Virus record (IMG/VR): IMGVR_UViG_3300012682_000013
Coordinates: 1 to 29,367 of that record
Length of the DNA: 29,367 nucleotides
Strand: one strand, 5' to 3'
Origin: a virus
Taxonomy: Duplodnaviria; Caudoviricetes
Position 1 is the stretch's first letter; each line of letters starts with the position of its first letter. Shown here one piece after another: positions 1 through 6,894 of the stretch. The notes below the pieces were generated by a model. The model saw only the letters and a list, made by a program, of their open reading frames with translations, had not been told where the DNA came from and did no database searches. Both the position numbers and the translations under genes were made by a program.

Positions 1-1
1 C

Positions 2-835
2 GGGCACCTGCGGGTCGCCCGCCTCAACGCCGGCCACCTCGACGGCTGCTACACCGCCCTCCTCCGCTCCGGCCGGGCGCCCCGCACCGTCCGCCACCAC
101 CACGCCCTCATCCACGCCGCCCTCCAGAGGGCCCTCCGCTGGGACCTCGTCGACCGGAACGTCGCCGACGCCGTCCAGCCCCCCACGGTCCCGCCGGCCA
201 ACATCAGCACCCCGACACCCGCCGACGTCCAACGCCTCCTGGCGGCCGCCGCCGACCACGACCCCCTCCTGGCCGTCCTCCTCGCCGTGGCCGCCACCAC
301 CGGCGCCCGGCGCGGTGAGCTCTGCGGGCTCCGCTGGTCCGACCTCGACCCGGGCACCGGGACCCTCACGATCGCCCGAGCCGCGAAGGAACACGGCCCC
401 GACCCGGTCGGCCCGACCAAGACCCACCAGACACGGGTCCTCGCCCTCGACCCCGCCACCCTCGGCACCCTCCTGGCCTGGCAGGCCACCCAAGAAGCCG
501 TCAGAGCCGCCGCCGCCGTCGCCCCGGTCGCCGACCCCTACATGTTCAGCCGCGACCCCACAGGCGGCGCACGGCCAGCGCCGACCGCTATCACCCACGC
601 GTTCATCCGCCTCCGCCGCCAGCTCGACCTCGACCACGTCCAGCTGAAGAGCCTCCGCCACTTCGCCGCCACCCAGATGCTCGCCGGCGGCATCGACCTG
701 CGCACCACCGCCGGCCGCCTCGGCCACTCCGGCGGCGGCGCCACCACCCTCAAGGTCTACGCCCATACCCTCCCCGAAGCCGACCAGCGGGCCGCCGCCC
801 TCCTCGCCGCCCTCGTGCAGCCCTGCCCGTCCTGA
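2..835 (+). CDS. int: Tyrosine integrase (5'-truncated)
   Basis: Frame 2 is open from base 2 (GHLRVARLNAGHLDGCYTALL...ALRWDLVDRNVAD). Catalytic motifs TGARRGELCGLRW, KSLRH, RLGH, TTLKVYAH. Confidence 0.95.
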   Translation, partial: GHLRVARLNAGHLDGCYTALLRSGRAPRTVRHHHALIHAALQRALRWDLVDRNVADAVQPPTVPPANISTPTPADVQRLLAAAADHDPLLAVLLAVAATTGARRGELCGLRWSDLDPGTGTLTIARAAKEHGPDPVGPTKTHQTRVLALDPATLGTLLAWQATQEAVRAAAAVAPVADPYMFSRDPTGGARPAPTAITHAFIRLRRQLDLDHVQLKSLRHFAATQMLAGGIDLRTTAGRLGHSGGGATTLKVYAHTLPEADQRAAALLAALVQPCPS

Positions 836-840
836 GGCCC

Positions 841-1155
841 TCAGGCCGGCTGCTCGCGGCGTTCAAGAGCGGTTCGCTCGTGGTCGAGCAGCACCTGCGT
901 TCCGATCGGAGCCAGCAGCTCCTCGATCGAGCTGAGCCCGAGGGCGTCCACGATCCGGAGAAGGGTGCTCAGGGTGGGGTCGGACCTGGCGTGCCACAGG
1001 TCGCCGACAGCGCCGTAGCTCACGCCTGACCTGTCTGCGAGCGCTCGCTGGCTGATGCTGTCGCCACACAGCAGCCGGAGCCTCGTCGAGAGCGCCTCTT
1101 TGGACTCTTGCGACAGTTCGCGCGCTGTGGCGCGCGGCGACTGGTCTGATGTCAC
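841..1155 (-). CDS. XRE-family HTH transcriptional regulator
   Basis: C-terminal part of the 841..1692 ORF: SQRALADRSGVSYGAVGDLWHARSDPTLSTLLRIVDALG. GTG start at 1155 chosen so it does not overlap the PRTase gene. Confidence 0.85.
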   Translation of the reverse strand: MTSDQSPRATARELSQESKEALSTRLRLLCGDSISQRALADRSGVSYGAVGDLWHARSDPTLSTLLRIVDALGLSSIEELLAPIGTQVLLDHERTALERREQPA

Positions 1156-1170
1156 CCCATCACTCAACCA

Positions 1171-1188
1171 AACCACAGGGATGTGGTT
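1171..1188. promoter_or_regulatory. Palindromic operator candidate AACCACA-GGGA-TGTGGTT between the divergent XRE and PRTase genes
   Basis: Perfect 7-bp inverted repeat in the AT-richer 75-bp intergenic region. Confidence 0.6.
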
Positions 1189-1230
1189 CAATGGCCGCGC
1201 GGAATAGCGCGCGCGATGAGGAGCTGAAGG

Positions 1231-1866
1231 ATGACACGATTGGACGTCTTGGTGGACAACGAACATGCTTGCTCCCTCGTGTCTCAGTACCTGCCGCGGC
1301 TCCTCGAGATCGTCAAGCGCCCCTCCGTCCTGCAACAGCTCTCGGAGCCGGTGCGTCTGGCCGGAGGCGACGTGAGCGATGTGTTCATCGACGGCAAGCA
1401 CGCAGTCGCCTCGCCGGAGCACCTCAGCGTCGTCGGCGCAGCGATGTTCGCGGCCGCTGAGGACGCCGGTGTGGAGTTCGACGCCGTCGGAGGCCTCGTG
1501 CTCGGCGCAGCGCCCTTCACCATCGCCGTTGCGTATGCCGCCCAAGTGAACTGGTTCTTCATCCGCAAGGAGCCCAAGGGGCGCGGGACGAACCTCTGGA
1601 TCGAGGGTGAACGGATCGTGCCCGGGATGCGCGTCATGCTCGTCGATGACGTCGTGACCACGGGCGGTTCCATCCAGACCGCCTACCAACACGTCGTTGA
1701 CGAGGGCGCCGTCGTGGTCTTCGCGACGACCCTCGTCGACCGCAGCGACGTAGCCAGCCAGTTCTTCCGCGAGCTGGGAATCCCGTACACCCCGATGCTC
1801 ACCTACAGCGACCTCGGGATCGAACGTGTCGGCGGCGACCTTGAGCGAGCTGCAACACCGGGCTGA
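1231..1866 (+). CDS. pyrE: Orotate phosphoribosyltransferase-like type I PRTase
   Basis: PRPP-binding VMLVDDVVTTGGS, flexible loop IRKEPKGRG..IEG, AVGGLVLGA, LVDR, LTYSDLG. GAGGAG RBS upstream. Confidence 0.85.
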   Translation: MTRLDVLVDNEHACSLVSQYLPRLLEIVKRPSVLQQLSEPVRLAGGDVSDVFIDGKHAVASPEHLSVVGAAMFAAAEDAGVEFDAVGGLVLGAAPFTIAVAYAAQVNWFFIRKEPKGRGTNLWIEGERIVPGMRVMLVDDVVTTGGSIQTAYQHVVDEGAVVVFATTLVDRSDVASQFFRELGIPYTPMLTYSDLGIERVGGDLERAATPG

Positions 1867-2158
1867 CGCCGGCTTCGCCGGCGCCGGGGGCGACCTCTAC
1901 GAGGCCCTAGCCGCCGTCAGCCACTCCGAAGGCCTCCGCAAGGCGGATGCTCGCTACTTCGTCCTGAGCGAGTGCTTTCAGTTCAGCGCCGACTGCTGGT
2001 CCACCGGCGAGGGCGGCGCGGTCAGCTCGGACCTCGCCGGAGCCCTTGCGGCAACCTGGGATCACCACCTTGCAAGTGTCCTTGGAGAGACAGACGCCGA
2101 GGCGGCAGTAGCCCTCGCCACGACCCTTCGGGATGATCTCCGGAGCCTCGCCGCCTGA
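1841..2158 (+). CDS. Small alpha-helical hypothetical protein overlapping the PRTase stop
   Basis: ORF 1826/1841..2158 (TTG at 1841 after GGCGG) with genome-like codon usage. The start is uncertain. Confidence 0.7.
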   Translation: MSELQHRADAGFAGAGGDLYEALAAVSHSEGLRKADARYFVLSECFQFSADCWSTGEGGAVSSDLAGALAATWDHHLASVLGETDAEAAVALATTLRDDLRSLAA

Positions 2159-2176
2159 GGCCGTCGGACGGCCTCA
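2156..2176. repeat. Perfect 10-bp inverted repeat TGAGGCCGTC-G-GACGGCCTCA (terminator or recombination-site candidate)
   Basis: Read directly. It begins at the stop codon of the upstream gene. Confidence 0.7.
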
Positions 2177-2264
2177 CCGTCTAGCGCCGGCGACGCCCCC
2201 TTGGCTCCGCCTGAACACAATCGTCTCTACGCCATGCCGGGCCAGCAGCCCCGACCTGACCCAC

Positions 2265-2323
2265 CGGCCTCGGAAGTCGGAGTCGATCGTCACGATGCGA
2301 CAGACTCCGACCCGGCGGGGCCG
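2265..2323. repeat. Imperfect ~59-nt hairpin (GTCGGAGTC...GACTCCGAC core)
   Basis: 9-bp arms at 2276-2284 and 2303-2311, inner ATCGT/ACGAT, outer CGGCCTCG/CGGGGCCG. Confidence 0.55.
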
Positions 2324-2356
2324 CCGAAAGCTCCAGCCGGAGGGGGCGGGGCGCCA

Positions 2357-3190
2357 ATGCGGTCCAAGAAGTGCTCGTGCGGTCAGGCAGTGCCGTCAGG
2401 CCAGGTGTTCTGCGAATGCGGCGCACAGGCGGGCCCCTGGCCTCCCGGCCAGGCCCCGGCCGTCCCCGGCGGCTGGCTGCAGACCCCGCTGGTCGCCCCC
2501 GGGCCGACCATGACGGTCGTCGGCGAGTCGTTCCGGGAACGCCACATCGAGCAGATCGCCGGGGGCCGCACCGCGGAAGGCGCCAAGTACCGCTGGCACA
2601 CCGCCCAGCTCGTCCAGGAGGACACCAACCCCTTCGACCGGGGCAACGCGGTGATGGTCCTGATCGGCGGCGTCCTCGTCGGCTACATCCCCGCCGAGGA
2701 CTGCCCGCGGGTCCGGGCCGCGATGAGCCGTCTCCCCGGCGCCCCAGTCACGGTGAGGGCGCTCATCTCCGGAGGCTGGCTCCCAGGGACCGATGATCGG
2801 ACCGGGTTCGGCGTGGTGCTGTACGCCCACGACGACCTCAGGCCGTTCGACCCCTCACGGGACGGGTTCCTGCCCGGCGACCGGCTCGTGACCGTCACCG
2901 CGCTCAAGCCCGAGATCGAACAGGCAGCGTCCCGGACGCTCACGCCCGTCGCCCACCTGGCACCGTCCGGCGCGGGCCTCCTCGTCGGGTCCGATGGGGC
3001 GTGGTGGGGGGCGCTGACCAAGGCGATGGTCGACCGGTACATCCCCCTCTTGCGCACGGTCGGCCAAGCCAAGTTCCCGGTGACGGCTGCCTGTCGGCTC
3101 ACCATGACGGAGGGCAAGCGGCGGGCCCACCTGATGCTCCCCCGGGAAAGCGAGGTCGGCCGCCTCATCGAGACAGCGGATCGGGCCTGA
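2357..3190 (+). CDS. Zn-ribbon plus HIRAN-domain protein
   Basis: N-terminal CSC...FCECG. HIRAN-like TVVGESFR...LVQEDTNPFDRGNAVMVLIGGVLVGYIP. G-rich RBS before ATG 2357. Confidence 0.8.
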   Translation: MRSKKCSCGQAVPSGQVFCECGAQAGPWPPGQAPAVPGGWLQTPLVAPGPTMTVVGESFRERHIEQIAGGRTAEGAKYRWHTAQLVQEDTNPFDRGNAVMVLIGGVLVGYIPAEDCPRVRAAMSRLPGAPVTVRALISGGWLPGTDDRTGFGVVLYAHDDLRPFDPSRDGFLPGDRLVTVTALKPEIEQAASRTLTPVAHLAPSGAGLLVGSDGAWWGALTKAMVDRYIPLLRTVGQAKFPVTAACRLTMTEGKRRAHLMLPRESEVGRLIETADRA

Positions 3191-3259
3191 GACCATGCCG
3201 GCGCCGCTTTATCCCATGGCGGACTACGTCACCCCTGGCCACCGGGTACGGTCAGGGCC

Positions 3260-3424
3260 ATGCCTCCCACGGAAGCGACCTCGCCGAGCGTGCCGGGCTG
3301 CTCCGAGTTGGACGACCGGATCGAGAAGGCCCTCGGGGACTACACCGACCGTGTGCGGAACGACCGGGCTTACGAGGACACCGTCGGCGCCGACGATCTT
3401 CGCCACCGGTACGACAAGAAGTAG
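3260..3424 (+). CDS. 54-aa charged protein, candidate type II antitoxin (below the ORF-track cutoff)
   Basis: MPPTEATSPSVPGCSELDDRIEKALGDYTDRVRNDRAYEDTVGADDLRHRYDKK. TACGGT -10-like box 7 nt upstream (leaderless). Ends 3 nt before the next ATG. Confidence 0.6.
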   Translation: MPPTEATSPSVPGCSELDDRIEKALGDYTDRVRNDRAYEDTVGADDLRHRYDKK

Positions 3425-3427
3425 GCG

Positions 3428-3691
3428 ATGCCCTGGCGGTGGGCAAACCTGGACCGGGTCCTCGACCCGTGGATGGCAGCCCACGCCGCAGCCGTCGACG
3501 AGCAGGCACGGTCTGCGGTCCTGTTCCACATGTGCCGTCTGGCCGAGGACGGGGACTTGGTGACCGGTGAGCTCGTGCCGCGCCACTCCGCACTCGTTCG
3601 CCGCTACTACGTCCACGAGGCGAGGAGCTGCATCATCTGGCTGCGGGCTGAGCAGTACCACTGTCTGAACCTCATCGCCATCCAAACCTGA
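3428..3691 (+). CDS. 87-aa protein, candidate RelE/ParE-fold toxin
   Basis: Size and predicted beta-alpha-alpha-beta-beta-beta pattern (WRW; AVLFHMCRLAEDG; RRYYV; CIIWL; LNLIAI). Confidence 0.55.
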   Translation: MPWRWANLDRVLDPWMAAHAAAVDEQARSAVLFHMCRLAEDGDLVTGELVPRHSALVRRYYVHEARSCIIWLRAEQYHCLNLIAIQT

Positions 3692-3747
3692 CGACCGCTA
3701 GCCCCGCCGACCGGCTGTAGCGGCTCACCGTAACGCCCGCCGCTCGA

Positions 3748-3836
3748 CCGGCCACCTCGGCACCGCCTCAGACCGCGCCGCCGCCGACATCATCGGGCGC
3801 GTCCTCGAGGAGCAAGGGCCGCCGCCGGCGACCTGA
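3748..3836 (+). pseudogene. Possible remnant of an integrase 3' end
   Basis: CCGGCCACCTCGGC matches integrase 711-724 at 13/14. Translates GHLGTASDRAAADIIGRVLEEQGPPPAT*, versus integrase GRLG...ADQRAAALLAALVQPCPS*. Confidence 0.45.
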
Positions 3837-3909
3837 GCTGAGAGTGACCCACGGTCAGCGGCGCCGGCGGCCTCTACGCTCGAGCTTGATGGCGGAGGCG
3901 GCGAGCGTG

Positions 3910-4848
3910 ATGGCCGAGGCGGCGTTCGGTTTGCAGTACGACGGCCCTGCGCTGGTGTCGCACGAGATGGACGTCCGCGATCTGGCCCCGGCTCTCATAG
4001 CGACCGCCGAGCTGTGCCAGCAGATGAGCCAGGCAATGCGGCCCACCGACCCGCCGATCGCCGTGAACGTTCGAGCCACTACCGAGGGCTCGTTCGTCGT
4101 GCAGCTCATTCTTGTCTACGAGCGAACCCGCCATGTGCTGGCCGGCGACGATGTCACGGCTGCCGCCAACCTCGCCCAGCTTGTCACTGTGCTCGGGACG
4201 TTCGTTACCCTGATCGTTCACCGAGCCCGGTCCCGTGTAGCGCGGGAGGAACCCTCGGCTCTGCCCGGAATGATCCGGATCACGCTGGTCGACGGCACGA
4301 CCATTGAGCTTCACAAGGGCGTGCTCGACCTCGAGCAGAACCTGGCTGTTCGCACAAGCCTGCGCGAGATGGTGCGCCCCCTGACCCGCGACGGCGTCGA
4401 GGTCCTCCGGATCAAGCAGGACGAGGTCATCCTCAGCGAGGTTGCCAAGGCCGACCTCGACGCGTACGACGTCGATGAGCTGTCATTGACACCGCCGGAG
4501 GTCCTCCTCCGCAACAGCGGCCAGGAGTACCTGACGGTTCTCTCCGCCGTCTTCCAAGACGACCGCAAGTGGCGGTTCACCGACGGAGAGGCCACGTTTT
4601 CAGCGTCGATCACTGACCTCGAGTTCCTGAGGAGGGTCGACGGCGGTGAGCCGTTCGCCAAGGGCGATCTTCTCCTCGCCGAGGTCGAACGAACCCAAAC
4701 CAGGGACAAGCGCGGCCTCCACACCGACATCGGGATCCGGCGGGTGATCGAACACATCAGCGCCTCAACCCAAGGCGTTCAGGGTGAGCTCTCGCCACCG
4801 ACGGACCCGATCGACGACACGATCGACCCCATGCCCCCGACCGACTAG
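3910..4848 (+). CDS. Conserved prophage accessory protein of unknown function, possible C-terminal OB-like domain
   Basis: YDGPALVSHEMDVRDLAPAL N-terminus and KWRFTDG..FSASITD.EFL..V..GEPFAKGDLL C-terminus. GGAGG at 3894-3898; start is 3907 or 3910. Confidence 0.75.
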   Translation: MAEAAFGLQYDGPALVSHEMDVRDLAPALIATAELCQQMSQAMRPTDPPIAVNVRATTEGSFVVQLILVYERTRHVLAGDDVTAAANLAQLVTVLGTFVTLIVHRARSRVAREEPSALPGMIRITLVDGTTIELHKGVLDLEQNLAVRTSLREMVRPLTRDGVEVLRIKQDEVILSEVAKADLDAYDVDELSLTPPEVLLRNSGQEYLTVLSAVFQDDRKWRFTDGEATFSASITDLEFLRRVDGGEPFAKGDLLLAEVERTQTRDKRGLHTDIGIRRVIEHISASTQGVQGELSPPTDPIDDTIDPMPPTD

Positions 4849-4905
4849 AGCACGCTCGTGGTGGTGCAGGTGACGGCCAGCCCGGTCTTGGTGGCGCCGC
4901 AGCCC

Positions 4906-5328
4906 TCACAGCCCGTGCCGTCGCCGCAGCTCGCCGACCCGATGGTGGATGACCGCCTCGGTCACGTCGAAGTGCTCGGCCAGCTCCCACGCCTCGACCG
5001 CCTCAGCCACATCCAGCAGGGCGGCGGCCGCCGCACGCAGCTCCTCGACGGGCACGAGGCGCCGGGCGGCCTCGTCGATGACGAGCCGTTCCTCACGGGC
5101 CACCTGGTGGCCGAGGGCGTCCCGGGGGAGGAGACCGCGCTCCAGGTGCACCAGCTCATGGGTGAGCGTGACGTTCCGGGCCCGCCGGCCGAGGTCAAGG
5201 TCGAGGAGCACGACCGTCCCGCCGTCGAGCTCCACCAGGCAACCCTCGACGCCCTGGGGGAGCCGGGCCCGGCCGAAGGTGAGGTCGGCACGCCGTCGTA
5301 GTTCCCTCCAGGGGTTCCAGGCCACCAC
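4906..5328 (-). CDS. ImmA/IrrE-family Zn metallopeptidase (anti-repressor)
   Basis: TLTHELVH (HExxH) followed by EE...AARRLVP, directly downstream of the repressor. Confidence 0.85.
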   Translation of the reverse strand: MVAWNPWRELRRRADLTFGRARLPQGVEGCLVELDGGTVVLLDLDLGRRARNVTLTHELVHLERGLLPRDALGHQVAREERLVIDEAARRLVPVEELRAAAAALLDVAEAVEAWELAEHFDVTEAVIHHRVGELRRRHGL

Positions 5329-5364
5329 TTCGCCGAACGGTACGACACCACCGTGACGGGCCCG

Positions 5365-5793
5365 TTAGGGCTGATCCGGGTCCTCGGCCGCCCGCCGGCG
5401 TGCGAGGAACGTCTGGGCGATGTCGGCCAGCTGCTCCTGCTCGTCCGGGGTCAGGAAGGCCACCACGTCGGAGAGGCTCGCGGCGACCCGGTTGGCATCC
5501 GCCGGCTCGGTCGGGGCCTGGCCGGCGCTGGGGTCGCTTCCGGCCAAGAGCAGGTCGATCGCCTCGGGCGGCCACCGGAGCGCCTTGGCCACCTTGTACT
5601 TCGTCGTGGCGGATGGCGTCGGAGCTACGACCAGGTCGGGGTGGAGGATGCGCCGGCCCTTCTCGATCTGCCGCCAGACGCTCTCCGAGAGCCCTCCACG
5701 AGCGGCGGCCGACCGCATGCTCTTGAGGCCTTCATCGAGCCGCCGCCGCTCGATGAAGCGCCCTACACGATCCCGCCACTCGTCCGGTTCCAC
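5365..5793 (-). CDS. Immunity repressor (XRE HTH)
   Basis: RRRLDEGLKSMRSAAARGGLSESVWRQIEKGR...KVAKALRWP. Probably leaderless GTG at 5793. Confidence 0.85.
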   Translation of the reverse strand: MEPDEWRDRVGRFIERRRLDEGLKSMRSAAARGGLSESVWRQIEKGRRILHPDLVVAPTPSATTKYKVAKALRWPPEAIDLLLAGSDPSAGQAPTEPADANRVAASLSDVVAFLTPDEQEQLADIAQTFLARRRAAEDPDQP

Positions 5794-5801
5794 GACTGCA
5801 G

Positions 5802-5953
5802 CATCTAGTGCGTCTTTGTGCGTAGTCAAGCCGAAGGGAGACGGCGCTACTACGCAGTTACATGGCTGTGACTCGACATCGCTGCAGGTCAAGGGCCTTT
5901 TTAGGTCACCCGATGCGTATGGCTTGACGTAGCGCATTAGTACGCACCAGTAT
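5802..5953. promoter_or_regulatory. Divergent lysis/lysogeny promoters with TACGCA/TGCGTA operator half-sites
   Basis: Plus strand TTGACG(5924)-N18-CAGTAT; minus strand TTGACT-N16-TAGATG. TGCGTA at 5819 and 5914, TACGCA at 5851 and 5941. Confidence 0.7.
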
Positions 5954-5959
5954 GTGGAC

Positions 5960-6205
5960 GTGGCAGCGATCGATCATCAGAGCCTCCGCAAGGCGCTCGA
6001 CCTCGCTGGGCTGACGCCGAAGCAGCTCGTCGAGGCCCTCGCCGGAGACGGCGGCGGCAGCATCAGCCTCCAGTACGCGTGTGACATCCTCAGCGGCCGG
6101 CGCACGCTGAAGCGGAACCCGACCCTCCGCCGCCGGATCGCGGTGGCCGCCGGCGTCCCCCAGCACTGGATCGAGAGCCAGGGCCCGACGGGTGAGGCGG
6201 CCTGA
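5960..6205 (+). CDS. Cro-like HTH protein
   Basis: LRKALDLAGLTPKQLVEAL...ISLQYACDILSGRR, divergent from the repressor. Start is 5954 or 5960. Confidence 0.8.
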   Translation: MAAIDHQSLRKALDLAGLTPKQLVEALAGDGGGSISLQYACDILSGRRTLKRNPTLRRRIAVAAGVPQHWIESQGPTGEAA

Positions 6206-6441
6206 TGCTTGATCAGGAGCCGTTTCTGATCTCGATCGCTGAGGCGGCCCGCCGACTGCGGGTCAGCGAATCGACGTTGCACGAGCAGCACCAGAAGGGG
6301 CAGGCCCCGTTCATCGTGTACATCGGCCGCCGGAAGCGGGTCTCGACGATCCGCCTCGAGATGTACCTCCACGGCCGGGTGATCAGCCCCGACCTGGCCC
6401 CCTTCGCCGCCCCCGAGGTCCTCGCCGAGGCGGCACCGTGA
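6205..6441 (+). CDS. Excisionase-like HTH DNA-binding protein
   Basis: ISIAEAARRLRVSESTLHE...PFIVYIGRRKRVS (HTH_17/Xis pattern). Confidence 0.8.
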   Translation: MLDQEPFLISIAEAARRLRVSESTLHEQHQKGQAPFIVYIGRRKRVSTIRLEMYLHGRVISPDLAPFAAPEVLAEAAP

Positions 6442-6620
6442 CGTACCTCCTCGCCCTGGTGATCGCCATCGTCGCCGTCTACGCGGGCTGGTGCCTGCTG
6501 GAGGCGGTCTCCGACCCGGAGGCCGGCTCGTACGCGCCCGGGCCTACCGTGGCCGTCCTCGGCTTCCTGACGGTGGCCGTGGTGGTCGCTGCGACGATCC
6601 CAGTGCTGGTCTTCGGATGA
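6438..6620 (+). CDS. Small two-TM membrane protein
   Basis: Two hydrophobic stretches; GTGA coupling to the upstream gene. Confidence 0.65.
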   Translation: MTYLLALVIAIVAVYAGWCLLEAVSDPEAGSYAPGPTVAVLGFLTVAVVVAATIPVLVFG

Positions 6621-6703
6621 CCGGCGACCAGTTCGCCGGCGTCCTCACCGTCTGCCTCCTCGCCGCCCTCGTCCTCTACTGCATCGCGTTCGGCCGGCGA
6701 TGA
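6617..6703 (+). CDS. 28-aa single-TM peptide
   Basis: MTGDQFAGVLTVCLLAALVLYCIAFGRR, with ATGA overlaps at both ends. Confidence 0.55.
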   Translation: MTGDQFAGVLTVCLLAALVLYCIAFGRR

Positions 6704-6894
6704 CCGCCCGCCTCGCTCTCGCCCGCCACCTCCGCCCCGGCGACCAGATCGGGGAGCGGACCGTTCGGTGCGTTGTCGGGCCGGCCGCAGGCCTCCTCAC
6801 CGTCTGGTTCGACGATGGCGGCTGCTGGAACGTCGAGCCACACAAGCCCGTGGTCCGCCACCGGCCCGGCGCCGTCGAGCGGAAGACGTCATGA
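6700..6894 (+). CDS. Hypothetical protein (small beta-rich)
   Basis: ARHLRPGDQI motif; ATGA coupling at both ends. Confidence 0.65.
   Translation: MTARLALARHLRPGDQIGERTVRCVVGPAAGLLTVWFDDGGCWNVEPHKPVVRHRPGAVERKTS

Noticed and set aside
841-1692. 283-aa minus-strand ORF as a single gene
   Set aside because: The first ~180 codons are the antisense shadow of the PRTase gene; only the HTH part is credible.
2201-2356. N-terminal extension of the HIRAN ORF from TTG 2201
   Set aside because: Low-complexity translation over hairpin and repeat DNA; there is a better RBS before ATG 2357.
4845-4925. Alternative-frame peptide GDGTGCEGCGATKTGLAVTC at the end of immA (minus strand)
   Set aside because: No start or slippery site is evident, and immA already ends at a normal length.
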